DNA of 64,000 nucleotides from Actinomycetota bacterium. GTDB taxonomy: Bacteria; Actinomycetota; Coriobacteriia; Anaerosomatales; SLCP01. The notes beneath the pieces were generated by a model. That model ran no database searches. It was not told the DNA's origin and saw only the letters and a list, made by a program, of their open reading frames with translations. The DNA is taken from positions 74,891 to 138,890 of the forward strand of contig JBBIIC010000004.1 of assembly GCA_037446725.1 (NCBI GenBank). Direction: 5' to 3'. A program made the position numbers and the translations under genes. Every line of letters starts with the position of its first letter. The first letter of the stretch is position 1. Below are positions 40,467-49,597 of this stretch, one piece after another.

Positions 40467-42656
40467 ATGTCTAAGATCGTCGAACGTTTCGAACTGTACG
40501 GCAAGGAGTACGTCCTCGAGACCGGGGAGCTGGCCAAACAGGCCGGCGGTGCGGTCGTCGTCCGCCAGGGAGACACGATGGTGCTCGTCACCGCAACCGC
40601 GTCGCGGCAGCCCAAGGACCTCGACTTCTTCCCGCTCACCGTCGACTTCGAAGAGAGGATGTACGCCGCGGGCAAGCTACCCGGCGGTTTCATCAAGCGT
40701 GAGGCCCGGCCGAGCGAGAAGGCCATCCTGACCGCCCGCATGATCGACCGCCCGCTGCGCTCGGCGTTCGCCGACGGCTTCCGCAACGAGGTCCAGGTCA
40801 TCGCCACCGTGCTCTCGGCCGACCAGGTCAACCAGCCCGACATCATCAGCATCATGGGTGCCTCGTCAGCCCTGATGGCAGCCGGTATCCCGTTCGAGGG
40901 ACCGCTCGCCGGTGTGCGTATCGCCCGCATCGACGGTGAGTTCTGCGTGAACCCGACCTTCGACGAGCTCGAGGACTCCGACCTCGACCTCGTGGTCGCA
41001 GGCTCGCCGGACGCCGTCTACATGATCGAGGCAGGCGCGTACGAGGTCTCCGACGACGACATGCTCGCCGCGCTCACATTCGCCCAAGAGGCGATCACCG
41101 AATTCTGCCGCGTGCAGGAGACGTTCGTCGCGAAGGCCGACGTCACGCCCATGGAGGTTCCCCTCTACAGCATCGATGAGTCGCTGCGTGAGCGCGTCTT
41201 CGCGGCCGGCTCCGACAAGATGCGCGCCGCGCTGCGCAACCCCGACAAGCACTCGCGCATGGACAACGTGGCAGCTGTTAAGGACGAGGTACTCGCCACG
41301 TTCACCGAGGACGAGCTCGCCGCCGACGGCAAGGACATCAAGGCCCTGCTCAAGCAGCTCGAGAAGAAGGCCATGCGCACCATGGTTCTCGAGGAGGGCG
41401 AGCGTGCCGACGGCCGCCGGGTCGACGAGGTCCGCCCGATCAGCTCGGTCGCCGGCTATCTGCCCCGGGCCCACGGCTCGGGCCTGTTCACCCGTGGCCA
41501 GACGCAGGTGCTCTCCGTGCTCACGCTCGGCATGCTCTCCGAGTGGCAGCGCATCGACACGATCGACGTCTCCGAGGGCAAGCGCTACCTGCACCACTAC
41601 AACTTCCCGCCCTTCTGCACGGGCGAGACCGGGTTCATGCGCGGGCCGAAGCGCCGTGAGATCGGTCACGGCGCGCTCGCCGAGCGCGCGCTTGTCCCGG
41701 TCATCCCGGCCGAGGACGAGTTCCCGTACACGATTCGCGTCGTCTCCGAGGTACTCGAGTCCAACGGCTCGAGCTCAATGGGGTCGGTCTGTGGCTCGAC
41801 GCTCGCGCTCATGGACGCAGGCGTCCCGATCAAGGCGCCGGTATCCGGCATCGCCATGGGCCTGATCAAGGAGGGTGACGACGTCGCCGTCCTCTCCGAC
41901 ATCCAGGGCCTCGAGGACTTCCTCGGCGACATGGACTTCAAGGTCGCCGGGACCGAGAAGGGCATCACGGCGCTGCAGATGGACAACAAGGCGAAGGGCT
42001 TGTCCTACGAAATCCTCGAGCGGGCGCTGCGCCAGGCCAACGACGGTCGTGCGCACATCCTCGAGAAGATGCTCGAGGCCATTGACGTGCCGCGCGGTGA
42101 GCTCTCGCAGTACGCTCCGCGCATCCTCACCGTCAAGATCCCTGTCGACAAGATCCGCGACGTCATCGGGTCGGGCGGCAAGGTCATCCGCGGTATCCAG
42201 GAGGAGACCGGCGCGCAGATCGACATCCAGGAAGACGGCACGATCTTCGTCGCCTCGCGCGACCAGGGCGGGGAGGAAGCGGTCCGTCGCATCCAACTCA
42301 TCGTCAAGGTCCCCGAGATTGGCGAGCGCTACAAGGGCCGGGTCGTCTCGATCCAGGCGTTTGGCGCGTTCATCGAGCTCACTCCGGGCAAGGACGGCCT
42401 CCTGCACATCTCGCGCGTGGCCAAGGGCCGTGTTGAGAAGGTTGAAGATGTCCTGAACGTCGGTGACGAGGTCGAGGTCGAGGTTCTCGACATCGACGAG
42501 CGCGGCAAGATCAGTCTCGACCGCATCGACAAGCCGGAGGCTCCGCCTTCGTCAGGCGGCGGTGGTGGGGGCGGCGACCGTAAGCCACACGGCGACCGTG
42601 GTGGGGACCGGGGCGGCGACCGCGGAGGCGACCGCAGGCCCCGCCGTCGCCACTAG
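40467..42656 (+). CDS. pnp: Polynucleotide phosphorylase with a Gly/Arg/Asp-rich C-terminal tail
   Basis: Two RNase PH domains, a KH domain (GSGGKVIRGIQEETG), an S1 domain (GRVVSIQAFGAFIEL), then SSGGGGGGGDRKPHGDRGGDRGGDRGGDRRPRRRH. Confidence 0.97.
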   Translation: MSKIVERFELYGKEYVLETGELAKQAGGAVVVRQGDTMVLVTATASRQPKDLDFFPLTVDFEERMYAAGKLPGGFIKREARPSEKAILTARMIDRPLRSAFADGFRNEVQVIATVLSADQVNQPDIISIMGASSALMAAGIPFEGPLAGVRIARIDGEFCVNPTFDELEDSDLDLVVAGSPDAVYMIEAGAYEVSDDDMLAALTFAQEAITEFCRVQETFVAKADVTPMEVPLYSIDESLRERVFAAGSDKMRAALRNPDKHSRMDNVAAVKDEVLATFTEDELAADGKDIKALLKQLEKKAMRTMVLEEGERADGRRVDEVRPISSVAGYLPRAHGSGLFTRGQTQVLSVLTLGMLSEWQRIDTIDVSEGKRYLHHYNFPPFCTGETGFMRGPKRREIGHGALAERALVPVIPAEDEFPYTIRVVSEVLESNGSSSMGSVCGSTLALMDAGVPIKAPVSGIAMGLIKEGDDVAVLSDIQGLEDFLGDMDFKVAGTEKGITALQMDNKAKGLSYEILERALRQANDGRAHILEKMLEAIDVPRGELSQYAPRILTVKIPVDKIRDVIGSGGKVIRGIQEETGAQIDIQEDGTIFVASRDQGGEEAVRRIQLIVKVPEIGERYKGRVVSIQAFGAFIELTPGKDGLLHISRVAKGRVEKVEDVLNVGDEVEVEVLDIDERGKISLDRIDKPEAPPSSGGGGGGGDRKPHGDRGGDRGGDRGGDRRPRRRH

Positions 42657-42672
42657 GCACCGGGACGTGACG

Positions 42673-43923
42673 ATGTTCTATCGGAAAACCGTACTCAAGA
42701 ACGGCATCACGGTCCTCACCGAGTCCCTCGACTCGGTGAGGACCGTTGCGCTCGGCGTCTGGTTCTCCGTGGGAAGCCGCGATGAGAGCCCCGAAGAGGG
42801 CGGCATGTCCCACTTCATGGAGCACATGATGTTCAAGGGCACGCCGACCCGCACCGCGGCAGATATCTCGGAGACGTTCGACAGCCTCGGCGCAGAGCTC
42901 AACGCGTTCACGAGCAAGGAGTACACGTGCTACTACTCGCGCGTGATCGACGAGCACGTGCCGACCGCTATCGAGCTTCTCGCCGACATGGTCTGCAACG
43001 CCGAGCTCACCGACCGCTCCTGCTGGAGGGAGCGCCAGGTCGTGCTCGAGGAGATCGCCCGTGCCGAGGACACGCCTGACGACAACATCCACGAGCTGTT
43101 CGCGCGCACGCTGTGGCCCGCACACCCGATCGGGCTGCCCATCCTCGGGAAGAAGACGACGGTGGGCCGGTTCAACCACAAGGCTGCGGTCGACTTCCGC
43201 ACGCGGCACTACCTGACCGGCAACTGCGTTGTGGCCGCCGCGGGCAACATCGATCACGACGCGCTCGTGCGGCTGGTCCGCAGACACCTGACGTTGCCGC
43301 CGGGCCCGCGCAGCGCGCGCCCGGGTGCCGAGTCGCTCTCGTCCGGCCGCATCAAGACCATGACCAAGGACACCGAGCAGGCCCACATCTGCTACGGCGT
43401 CTCGTGTCTGAACGCCCGGCATCCCGACCGTTTCGCGCTCGCGGTCGTCGACACGGTGCTCGGCGGCGGGATGTCCTCGCGCCTATTCCAGGAGATTCGT
43501 GAGAAGCAGGGGCTCGCTTACTCGGTATACAGCTTCCACGCGCTGTACCAGGACACCGGGCAGTGGACCGTCTACGCGGGCACGCGTCCGGACAACGCTG
43601 GACAGGTCCTCACGCTCATCCGCTCCGAGATCGACCGGTTGCTGGAGTCCGGGTTGACCGAGGAGGAGCTCTTGCGCGCCAAGGAGTCGATCAAGGGCCA
43701 CCTCGTGCTCGGCCTGGAGAACACCCGCAACCGCATGACCCGTCTCGGCAAGAACGCGGTGACCGGAGGAGAGCTCCTGTCCGTCGACGAGGTCGTGGAG
43801 CGCATCGACGCTGTCGACCTCGAGGCGACTCGCCGCGTGACCGAGAACGTTCTGTCGGGCGAGCGCGTGCTCGCCATGATCGGTCCGTACTCCAAGTCGG
43901 ACGTCGCCCGTCTCGCCAGGTAG
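42673..43923 (+). CDS. M16-family zinc peptidase (PepR/MlpA-like)
   Basis: Inverted zinc motif HFMEHMMFKG (HxxEH), in the conserved position after pnp. I prefer ATG 42673 over the track start at 42463. Confidence 0.88.
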   Translation: MFYRKTVLKNGITVLTESLDSVRTVALGVWFSVGSRDESPEEGGMSHFMEHMMFKGTPTRTAADISETFDSLGAELNAFTSKEYTCYYSRVIDEHVPTAIELLADMVCNAELTDRSCWRERQVVLEEIARAEDTPDDNIHELFARTLWPAHPIGLPILGKKTTVGRFNHKAAVDFRTRHYLTGNCVVAAAGNIDHDALVRLVRRHLTLPPGPRSARPGAESLSSGRIKTMTKDTEQAHICYGVSCLNARHPDRFALAVVDTVLGGGMSSRLFQEIREKQGLAYSVYSFHALYQDTGQWTVYAGTRPDNAGQVLTLIRSEIDRLLESGLTEEELLRAKESIKGHLVLGLENTRNRMTRLGKNAVTGGELLSVDEVVERIDAVDLEATRRVTENVLSGERVLAMIGPYSKSDVARLAR

Positions 43924-43945
43924 GCGCGGGGAGGGGAGTGACCGG

Positions 43946-44731
43946 ATGATCGACGTACTGGTAAGCGGCGCAGCCGGCCGCATGGGCCGTGAAGTGGTGT
44001 GTGCGCTTGGTGCCGCCGACGGTATCAGGGTCGTAGCGGCGGTCGACCCCAGTCACGCCGGCGGTCGGGTCGATGACGGCGCCGTAGGCGAGATACGCTG
44101 TACCGGCGACCTGGCCGGCGCGATCGCAACCACCGCACCGCACGTGATGGTCGACTTCACACATCCCGACGCGGTCGAAGGCAATCTGCGAACCGCGCTC
44201 GCCGCAGGCGTGCACTGCGTCGTCGGTACGACGGGTCTCTCGGAGAGCGCACTTGCCGAACTTGCCGCGAGCGCCCCGGACGAAGTCTGCCTCTTCGTCG
44301 CGCCGAACTTCGCGATCGGCGCCGTGCTCATGATGCGATTTGCCGCCGAGGCAGCACGCTACCTGCCGCACGTCGAGATCATCGAGCTGCACCACGACCG
44401 CAAGGCCGACGCGCCGTCCGGCACCGCCCTGCGCACCGCGTCGCTGATCGCAGCGACGCGTGCCGAGGTGCCGCCGTCGCCCGGGCGCGAGACCGAACTC
44501 GAGCAGGGGGCCCGCGGCGCGATCATCGAGCACGTGAGCGTTCACTGCGTGCGCCTGCCCGGCCTCGTCGCCCACCAGGAGATCATCTTCGGCGGCCAGG
44601 GCCAGACGCTCACGATCAGGCACGACTCCATCGACCGGACCTCGTTCATGCCCGGCGTCGTGCTCGCCGTGCGCGAGGTCGTCCACCGCTCGGGCCTGAT
44701 TGTCGGCCTCGAGAACCTGCTGGAGGCGTAG
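43946..44731 (+). CDS. dapB: 4-hydroxy-tetrahydrodipicolinate reductase
   Basis: GAAGRMG NAD(P) motif, APNF..G, and E..H..K.DAPSGTA signature. Confidence 0.93.
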   Translation: MIDVLVSGAAGRMGREVVCALGAADGIRVVAAVDPSHAGGRVDDGAVGEIRCTGDLAGAIATTAPHVMVDFTHPDAVEGNLRTALAAGVHCVVGTTGLSESALAELAASAPDEVCLFVAPNFAIGAVLMMRFAAEAARYLPHVEIIELHHDRKADAPSGTALRTASLIAATRAEVPPSPGRETELEQGARGAIIEHVSVHCVRLPGLVAHQEIIFGGQGQTLTIRHDSIDRTSFMPGVVLAVREVVHRSGLIVGLENLLEA

Positions 44732-44732
44732 C

Positions 44733-45965
44733 GTGGCCGCGTCAGACCCGCGCGTCGTCGTCATGAAGTTCGGCGGCACCTCGGTCTTGACGGCCGAGTC
44801 GCGCGCAGCCGTGGCCAGAACGGTTCAGGCCGGCATCGAATCCGGCGTCGCGCCGGTGGTCGTCGTCTCGGCGATGGGCCGCGCGGGTGACCCCTATGCG
44901 ACCGACACGCTGCTCTCACTCGTCAACTCAGCCGTGATCGAACCACGGGAACGTGACCTTCTCATGTCGACCGGTGAGGTCATCTCGGCCGTGGTGGTTG
45001 CCAGCGAGCTCAGAGCTGCCGGCATCGCTGCACGCGCGTACACAGGCGCCGAGGCGGGTATCGGGACCGACGGCGTCTTCGGGTCTGCGACGGTCACCGA
45101 CGTCCATCCGGGCCCATTGCGCGCGGCGGTCGCCGCCGGCATCGTACCGGTCGTCACTGGATTCCAGGGCGTAGGGGCGGACGGCTCACTCACCACGCTC
45201 GGCCGGGGCGGCTCCGACACCACCGCCTGTGCTCTCGGGGTCGCACTCGGGGCCGAGGCCGTCGAGATCTACACCGACGTCGTCGGCGTGATGAGCGCCG
45301 ACCCGCGCGCCTGCGAGGGGCCCGCCGTGCTCGAAGTCGTCCGTGCTGACGAACTGCACCAGATGGCGCGGCACGGTGCCCGGGTCGTCCACACACCGGC
45401 AGCGGAGCTCGCCCTGACGAGCGGGCTTGCCGTCCGCGTTCGAAACACCTACACGACCCACCCCGGCACACTCGTCGCCGATATCTCCTCATACCGTCCC
45501 GATCGCGTGGCCACCGCCGTCACTCACGCCGACGACGTCGCACGTATATGCGTGTCCCTTCCGGCCCCGGAAGGCACCCGTGCGCATACGGCCGATCAGG
45601 CCCGCGTCTACCGTGCCATGGCAGACGCCTGCGTCTCACTCGACATGTTCACACCCGTCGGCGAGACCCTGGCCTTCTCGGTCGCGACGGACGCTCTCAC
45701 GCGCGCCACTGAGGTGCTGTCGTCTCTCGGCCTGACCTACCGTGTGCAGCCGTCGCTCTCGAAGGTCACGCTCGTCGGCGCGGGCATGCACGGCGTGCCC
45801 GGTGTCATGGCGCGCATGTCCGAGTACCTCGACCGTGCCGGCATCACCGTGCTGCAAACCGCGGACAGCCACACCACGATCTCGGTCCTCGTCCCTGCGA
45901 AGGAGTGCAGTCATGCGGTGCAGGCACTTCACGACGGCTTCGAGCTCGGTGACCCTCCGTCCTGA
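44733..45965 (+). CDS. ask: Aspartokinase with C-terminal ACT domains
   Basis: VVMKFGGTSV, GRGGSDTTA and C-terminal ACT repeats. The start is GTG 44733 after GGAGG (alternative ATG 44763). Confidence 0.9.
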   Translation: MAASDPRVVVMKFGGTSVLTAESRAAVARTVQAGIESGVAPVVVVSAMGRAGDPYATDTLLSLVNSAVIEPRERDLLMSTGEVISAVVVASELRAAGIAARAYTGAEAGIGTDGVFGSATVTDVHPGPLRAAVAAGIVPVVTGFQGVGADGSLTTLGRGGSDTTACALGVALGAEAVEIYTDVVGVMSADPRACEGPAVLEVVRADELHQMARHGARVVHTPAAELALTSGLAVRVRNTYTTHPGTLVADISSYRPDRVATAVTHADDVARICVSLPAPEGTRAHTADQARVYRAMADACVSLDMFTPVGETLAFSVATDALTRATEVLSSLGLTYRVQPSLSKVTLVGAGMHGVPGVMARMSEYLDRAGITVLQTADSHTTISVLVPAKECSHAVQALHDGFELGDPPS

Positions 45966-46115
45966 TCTGCGCACCAGCATGCGCTCGCAGCACCCGCAAC
46001 GGCACGGGAACGGATCGCCACGGAACACCGCGACGGTCGCGGGTGTGGCAGAATGAAACACGTGTCCGGCCCCATGCGGGTCGGCCGGCTCACGATGCGA
46101 CACAAGGGGAGCACC

Positions 46116-47012
46116 ATGGCTGATCCGCGCTTCGGACGCATGCTGACCGCGATGGTCACGCCGTTCACGCCCGAACTCGAACTCGACCTGCCGCGGGCCG
46201 AGGCGCTCGCCGACCGTCTGCTGGCATCCGGCTCCGACGGGCTGATCGTCTGTGGCACGACGGGCGAATCACCGACCGTTTTCTACCCGCAGAAGATGGA
46301 TCTGTTCCGCACCGTGATAGGCGCCGTGGCCGGGAGGGTGCCTGTCATCGCGAACGCGGGCGACAACTGCACCGCGGACAGCGTCGAATTCGCGCGAAAG
46401 GTCGCGGCGCTCGGCGTCGACGGCATCATGGCCGTCGTGCCGTACTACAACAAGCCGCCCCAAGACGGCCTCTACCGGCACTTCCGCTCGATCGCGGAGG
46501 CGGTCGACGTTCCGGTCGTCCTCTACAACATCCCCGGACGGTGCGTCATCAACATGGCCACCGAGACCACGCTCAGACTGGCCAACGACTGCGAGAACAT
46601 CGTCGCGGTCAAGGAAGCGAGCGGAGATCTCACCCAGATCGCGCAGATCATCGACGGAGCTCCCGACGGCTTCGAGGTGTTGTCGGGAGATGACGAGATG
46701 ACGCTACCCATGATGGGACTGGGCGGGACCGGCGTCATAAGCGTGGTGTCTCACGTCACGGGTCACCGGTTCAAGGAGATGATCGCAGCACAGGTCGCAG
46801 GAGATCACACGCGTGCCCTGCGAATCCACCTCGAACTGCTGCCGCTGATGAAGGCGCTGTTCATGACCGCGAATCCCATCATGGTCAAGGAAGCGCTCCG
46901 CCTGCAGGGTTTCCCGGTCGGCACCGTGCGTCTCCCACTCGTTCCGCCCACGCCCGAGCAGACCGCCGAGCTCGAGCGCGTGATGCGACACGTCGGCGCG
47001 CTGCCGGTCTGA
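46116..47012 (+). CDS. dapA: 4-hydroxy-tetrahydrodipicolinate synthase
   Basis: TAMVTPF, GTTGES.T, YNKP, YN.P.R, and the catalytic Lys in VAVKEASGD. Confidence 0.94.
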   Translation: MADPRFGRMLTAMVTPFTPELELDLPRAEALADRLLASGSDGLIVCGTTGESPTVFYPQKMDLFRTVIGAVAGRVPVIANAGDNCTADSVEFARKVAALGVDGIMAVVPYYNKPPQDGLYRHFRSIAEAVDVPVVLYNIPGRCVINMATETTLRLANDCENIVAVKEASGDLTQIAQIIDGAPDGFEVLSGDDEMTLPMMGLGGTGVISVVSHVTGHRFKEMIAAQVAGDHTRALRIHLELLPLMKALFMTANPIMVKEALRLQGFPVGTVRLPLVPPTPEQTAELERVMRHVGALPV

Positions 47013-47103
47013 GCCGACTGAGACGCGGAAGCTCCGCTCCCGCGGATGTACCGAACGACGCCGCCGTACGGCGGCACGGCCGAAGGAGTGCAACCGCACC
47101 CGA

Positions 47104-48774
47104 ATGACACAGAAGAAGAACCGCCTTCGCGTCATCCCTCTCGGAGGGCTCGACGAGATAGGCAAGAACATGACCGTGATCGAGTACGGCAACGACATGG
47201 TCCTGATCGATGCGGGGATCATGTTCCCTGACGACGATCACCCCGGAGTCGACCTCATCCTCCCGGACTACAGCTACGTCCTGCACCGCAAGGACAAGCT
47301 GCGCGGCATCATCATCACGCACGGGCACGAGGACCACACCGGTGCACTGCCGTACCTGCTCAAGGAGCTTGGTCCCACGGTGCCGGTGCTCGGCACGAAG
47401 CTTACGCTCGGACTGGTCGCGGGCAAGCTCGAGGAGCACCGCATCAAGAAGCAGAAGCTACGTGAGGTCCGGGCGGGCGGTCACGTCAATCTTGGCGTAT
47501 TCGGTTTCGACTTCATCCCGGTGAACCACTCCATCCCCGACGGTGTCGCGCTGTACATACGCACCCCGGTCGGCAACATCCTGCACACCGGTGACTTCAA
47601 GTTCGATCAGACACCGATCGACGGCCGTCTCACGGATTACGGCGCACTCGCTGCGGCGGGCAAGAAGGGCGTCACGCTCCTCATGAGTGACTCGACGAAC
47701 GCCGAGAGCGCCGGCATCACCCACTCCGAGGCCACCGTCGGCGCCGCGCTCAGGGACATCTTCGCCGATGCCGACCAGCGCATCATCGTCGCCTCGTTCG
47801 CCAGTCACATCCACCGCATCCAGCAGGTCTGCGACGCGGCTGCGGCCTCCGGCCGTAAGGTCGTCGTCACGGGCAGGTCGATGATCAACAACACGCGCAT
47901 CGCGCGCCAGCTTGGCTACCTCAGCATTTCCGAGAACGACCTCGTCGACGCTTACGATATGGGGAACCTGCCCGCTGAGAGAGTTGTCGTTCTGTCGACC
48001 GGTAGCCAGGGCGAGCCGCTCTCCGCACTCGCGCGGATGGCCAACCACGATCACCGCACGGTCACCGTCGAGAGCGGTGACACGGTCGTGATCTCGGCCA
48101 CCCCGATCCCCGGCAACGAGAAGGCGGTCAGCCGGGTGATCAACCGGCTCGCGAAGGCCGGTGCGACGATCGAGCACAAGGGAACCGCGCCGGTGCACGT
48201 CTCGGGCCATGCGGCCGCCGAAGAGCTGAAGCTGATGCTCAACCTCGTGAAGCCCACCTACTTTGTGCCCATCCACGGCGAGAGCCGCCATCTGAAGGCG
48301 CATGCCGATCTCGCGATGCTGACAGGCGTGGCCGAGCAGAACGTCTTCATCATGGACAACGGCGACTGCCTCGAGCTGACCGAGAACTCCTGCAAGTTGG
48401 CCGAGCGCGTCGAGTCGGGCGTCGTCTACGTAGACGGGCTGTCGGTTGGGGACATAGGGCAGGTCGTCATACGCGACCGCCAGCTGCTCGCCCGGGACGG
48501 CGTTGCGACCATCATCATCGCGATCGACCGCGTCGACGGCAGGCCCGTCGGCGAGCCCGAGCTCGTGACCCGCGGGATCGTTCTCGGCGGCGATGACTCG
48601 GTCTTCCTCGAGGAGGCACGAGCACGCGTCGCCAAGACGCTCGCCAAGACCGCCCGCGAGGGCGCGACGGACCATGCTGTCATCAAGAACGCGGTGCGCG
48701 AGTCCCTCTCCCAGTTCATGTGGGAACGCACGCGGAGCAGGCCGATGATCGTGCCCGTCGTGATGGAGGTCTGA
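47104..48774 (+). CDS. rnj: Ribonuclease J
   Basis: Beta-lactamase/beta-CASP fold with LGGLDEIGKNM, ITHGHEDHTGALPYL and HVSGHA motifs, plus a C-terminal domain. Confidence 0.95.
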   Translation: MTQKKNRLRVIPLGGLDEIGKNMTVIEYGNDMVLIDAGIMFPDDDHPGVDLILPDYSYVLHRKDKLRGIIITHGHEDHTGALPYLLKELGPTVPVLGTKLTLGLVAGKLEEHRIKKQKLREVRAGGHVNLGVFGFDFIPVNHSIPDGVALYIRTPVGNILHTGDFKFDQTPIDGRLTDYGALAAAGKKGVTLLMSDSTNAESAGITHSEATVGAALRDIFADADQRIIVASFASHIHRIQQVCDAAAASGRKVVVTGRSMINNTRIARQLGYLSISENDLVDAYDMGNLPAERVVVLSTGSQGEPLSALARMANHDHRTVTVESGDTVVISATPIPGNEKAVSRVINRLAKAGATIEHKGTAPVHVSGHAAAEELKLMLNLVKPTYFVPIHGESRHLKAHADLAMLTGVAEQNVFIMDNGDCLELTENSCKLAERVESGVVYVDGLSVGDIGQVVIRDRQLLARDGVATIIIAIDRVDGRPVGEPELVTRGIVLGGDDSVFLEEARARVAKTLAKTAREGATDHAVIKNAVRESLSQFMWERTRSRPMIVPVVMEV

Positions 48775-48777
48775 CGC

Positions 48778-49578
48778 ATGGAGCTGCTTCAGGCCATCGC
48801 ACTCGGCGTCGTGCAGGGGGCCGCCGAGTTCCTCCCCATCTCGTCCTCGGGTCACCTTCACCTGGTCCAAGAGGTCTTCGACATGCCAGCCCAGTTCGGC
48901 CTGGCATTCGACACGCTCCTCCATCTGGCGACGCTGCTCGCTGTGATCGTGTACTTCCGAGACGACCTGCGCCATATGCTGCGGGCGTTCCTCACGCGCG
49001 ATCCGGAACTCGCCCGTGACCGGCGCCTCGCATGGCTCGTCATAGCAGCCACGGTACCGACCGGGATCATCGGCATCGCGGGAGGGGACTTCTTCGAAGA
49101 GGCCTCCACCCTCCATGTCGGCATGGCCTTACTGCTGACGTCGGCCATCCTCACCGCGGCCGACTTACTCTCCCGCAAGTCGCTGCATGCCGCCGAGGCC
49201 CTCGGGTGGGGCAAGGCCTTGCTCGTCGGCGTCGCGCAGGGAGTGGCGATCATGCCCGGCATCTCCCGCTCGGGGGCCACGATGTCGATGGGGCTGGGCG
49301 TGGGTCTCGACCGCGCACAGGCCGCCCGGTTCTCCTTCCTGCTCTCGGGGCCCACCATCCTGCTCGCGGGCCTCAAGCAAGGGCTAGACGTCATCCAGGG
49401 GGACGCCGTGCTCCCCGGGCTGTTGGCGACACTTGGGGGATTCGCCGCCGCGGCTGTCACCGGCTATCTCGCCATCGCGTTCATCATGGAATACCTGCGG
49501 CGCCACTCGTTCGCCGTCTTCGCCGCGTACACGGCCGTCCTGGGCGTTTCCGTGATAGCCTGGCAGTTGACGGGCTGA
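48778..49578 (+). CDS. uppP: Undecaprenyl-diphosphate phosphatase (BacA/UppP)
   Basis: The product reads GVVQGAAEFLPISSSGHL and PGISRSGATM, and is a polytopic membrane protein. Confidence 0.93.
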   Translation: MELLQAIALGVVQGAAEFLPISSSGHLHLVQEVFDMPAQFGLAFDTLLHLATLLAVIVYFRDDLRHMLRAFLTRDPELARDRRLAWLVIAATVPTGIIGIAGGDFFEEASTLHVGMALLLTSAILTAADLLSRKSLHAAEALGWGKALLVGVAQGVAIMPGISRSGATMSMGLGVGLDRAQAARFSFLLSGPTILLAGLKQGLDVIQGDAVLPGLLATLGGFAAAAVTGYLAIAFIMEYLRRHSFAVFAAYTAVLGVSVIAWQLTG

Positions 49579-49597
49579 CGGAGAGGGAGCCCCGTTC

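Noticed and set aside
45966-46115. A possible lysine riboswitch (L-box) or other amino-acid leader upstream of dapA or ask.
   Set aside because: The ask start follows dapB by 1 nt, so there is no room for a leader. The 150-nt gap before dapA shows only one short hairpin (CCGGCC...GGCCGG) after a weak -10-like CAGAAT. I can recognise none of the conserved L-box elements.
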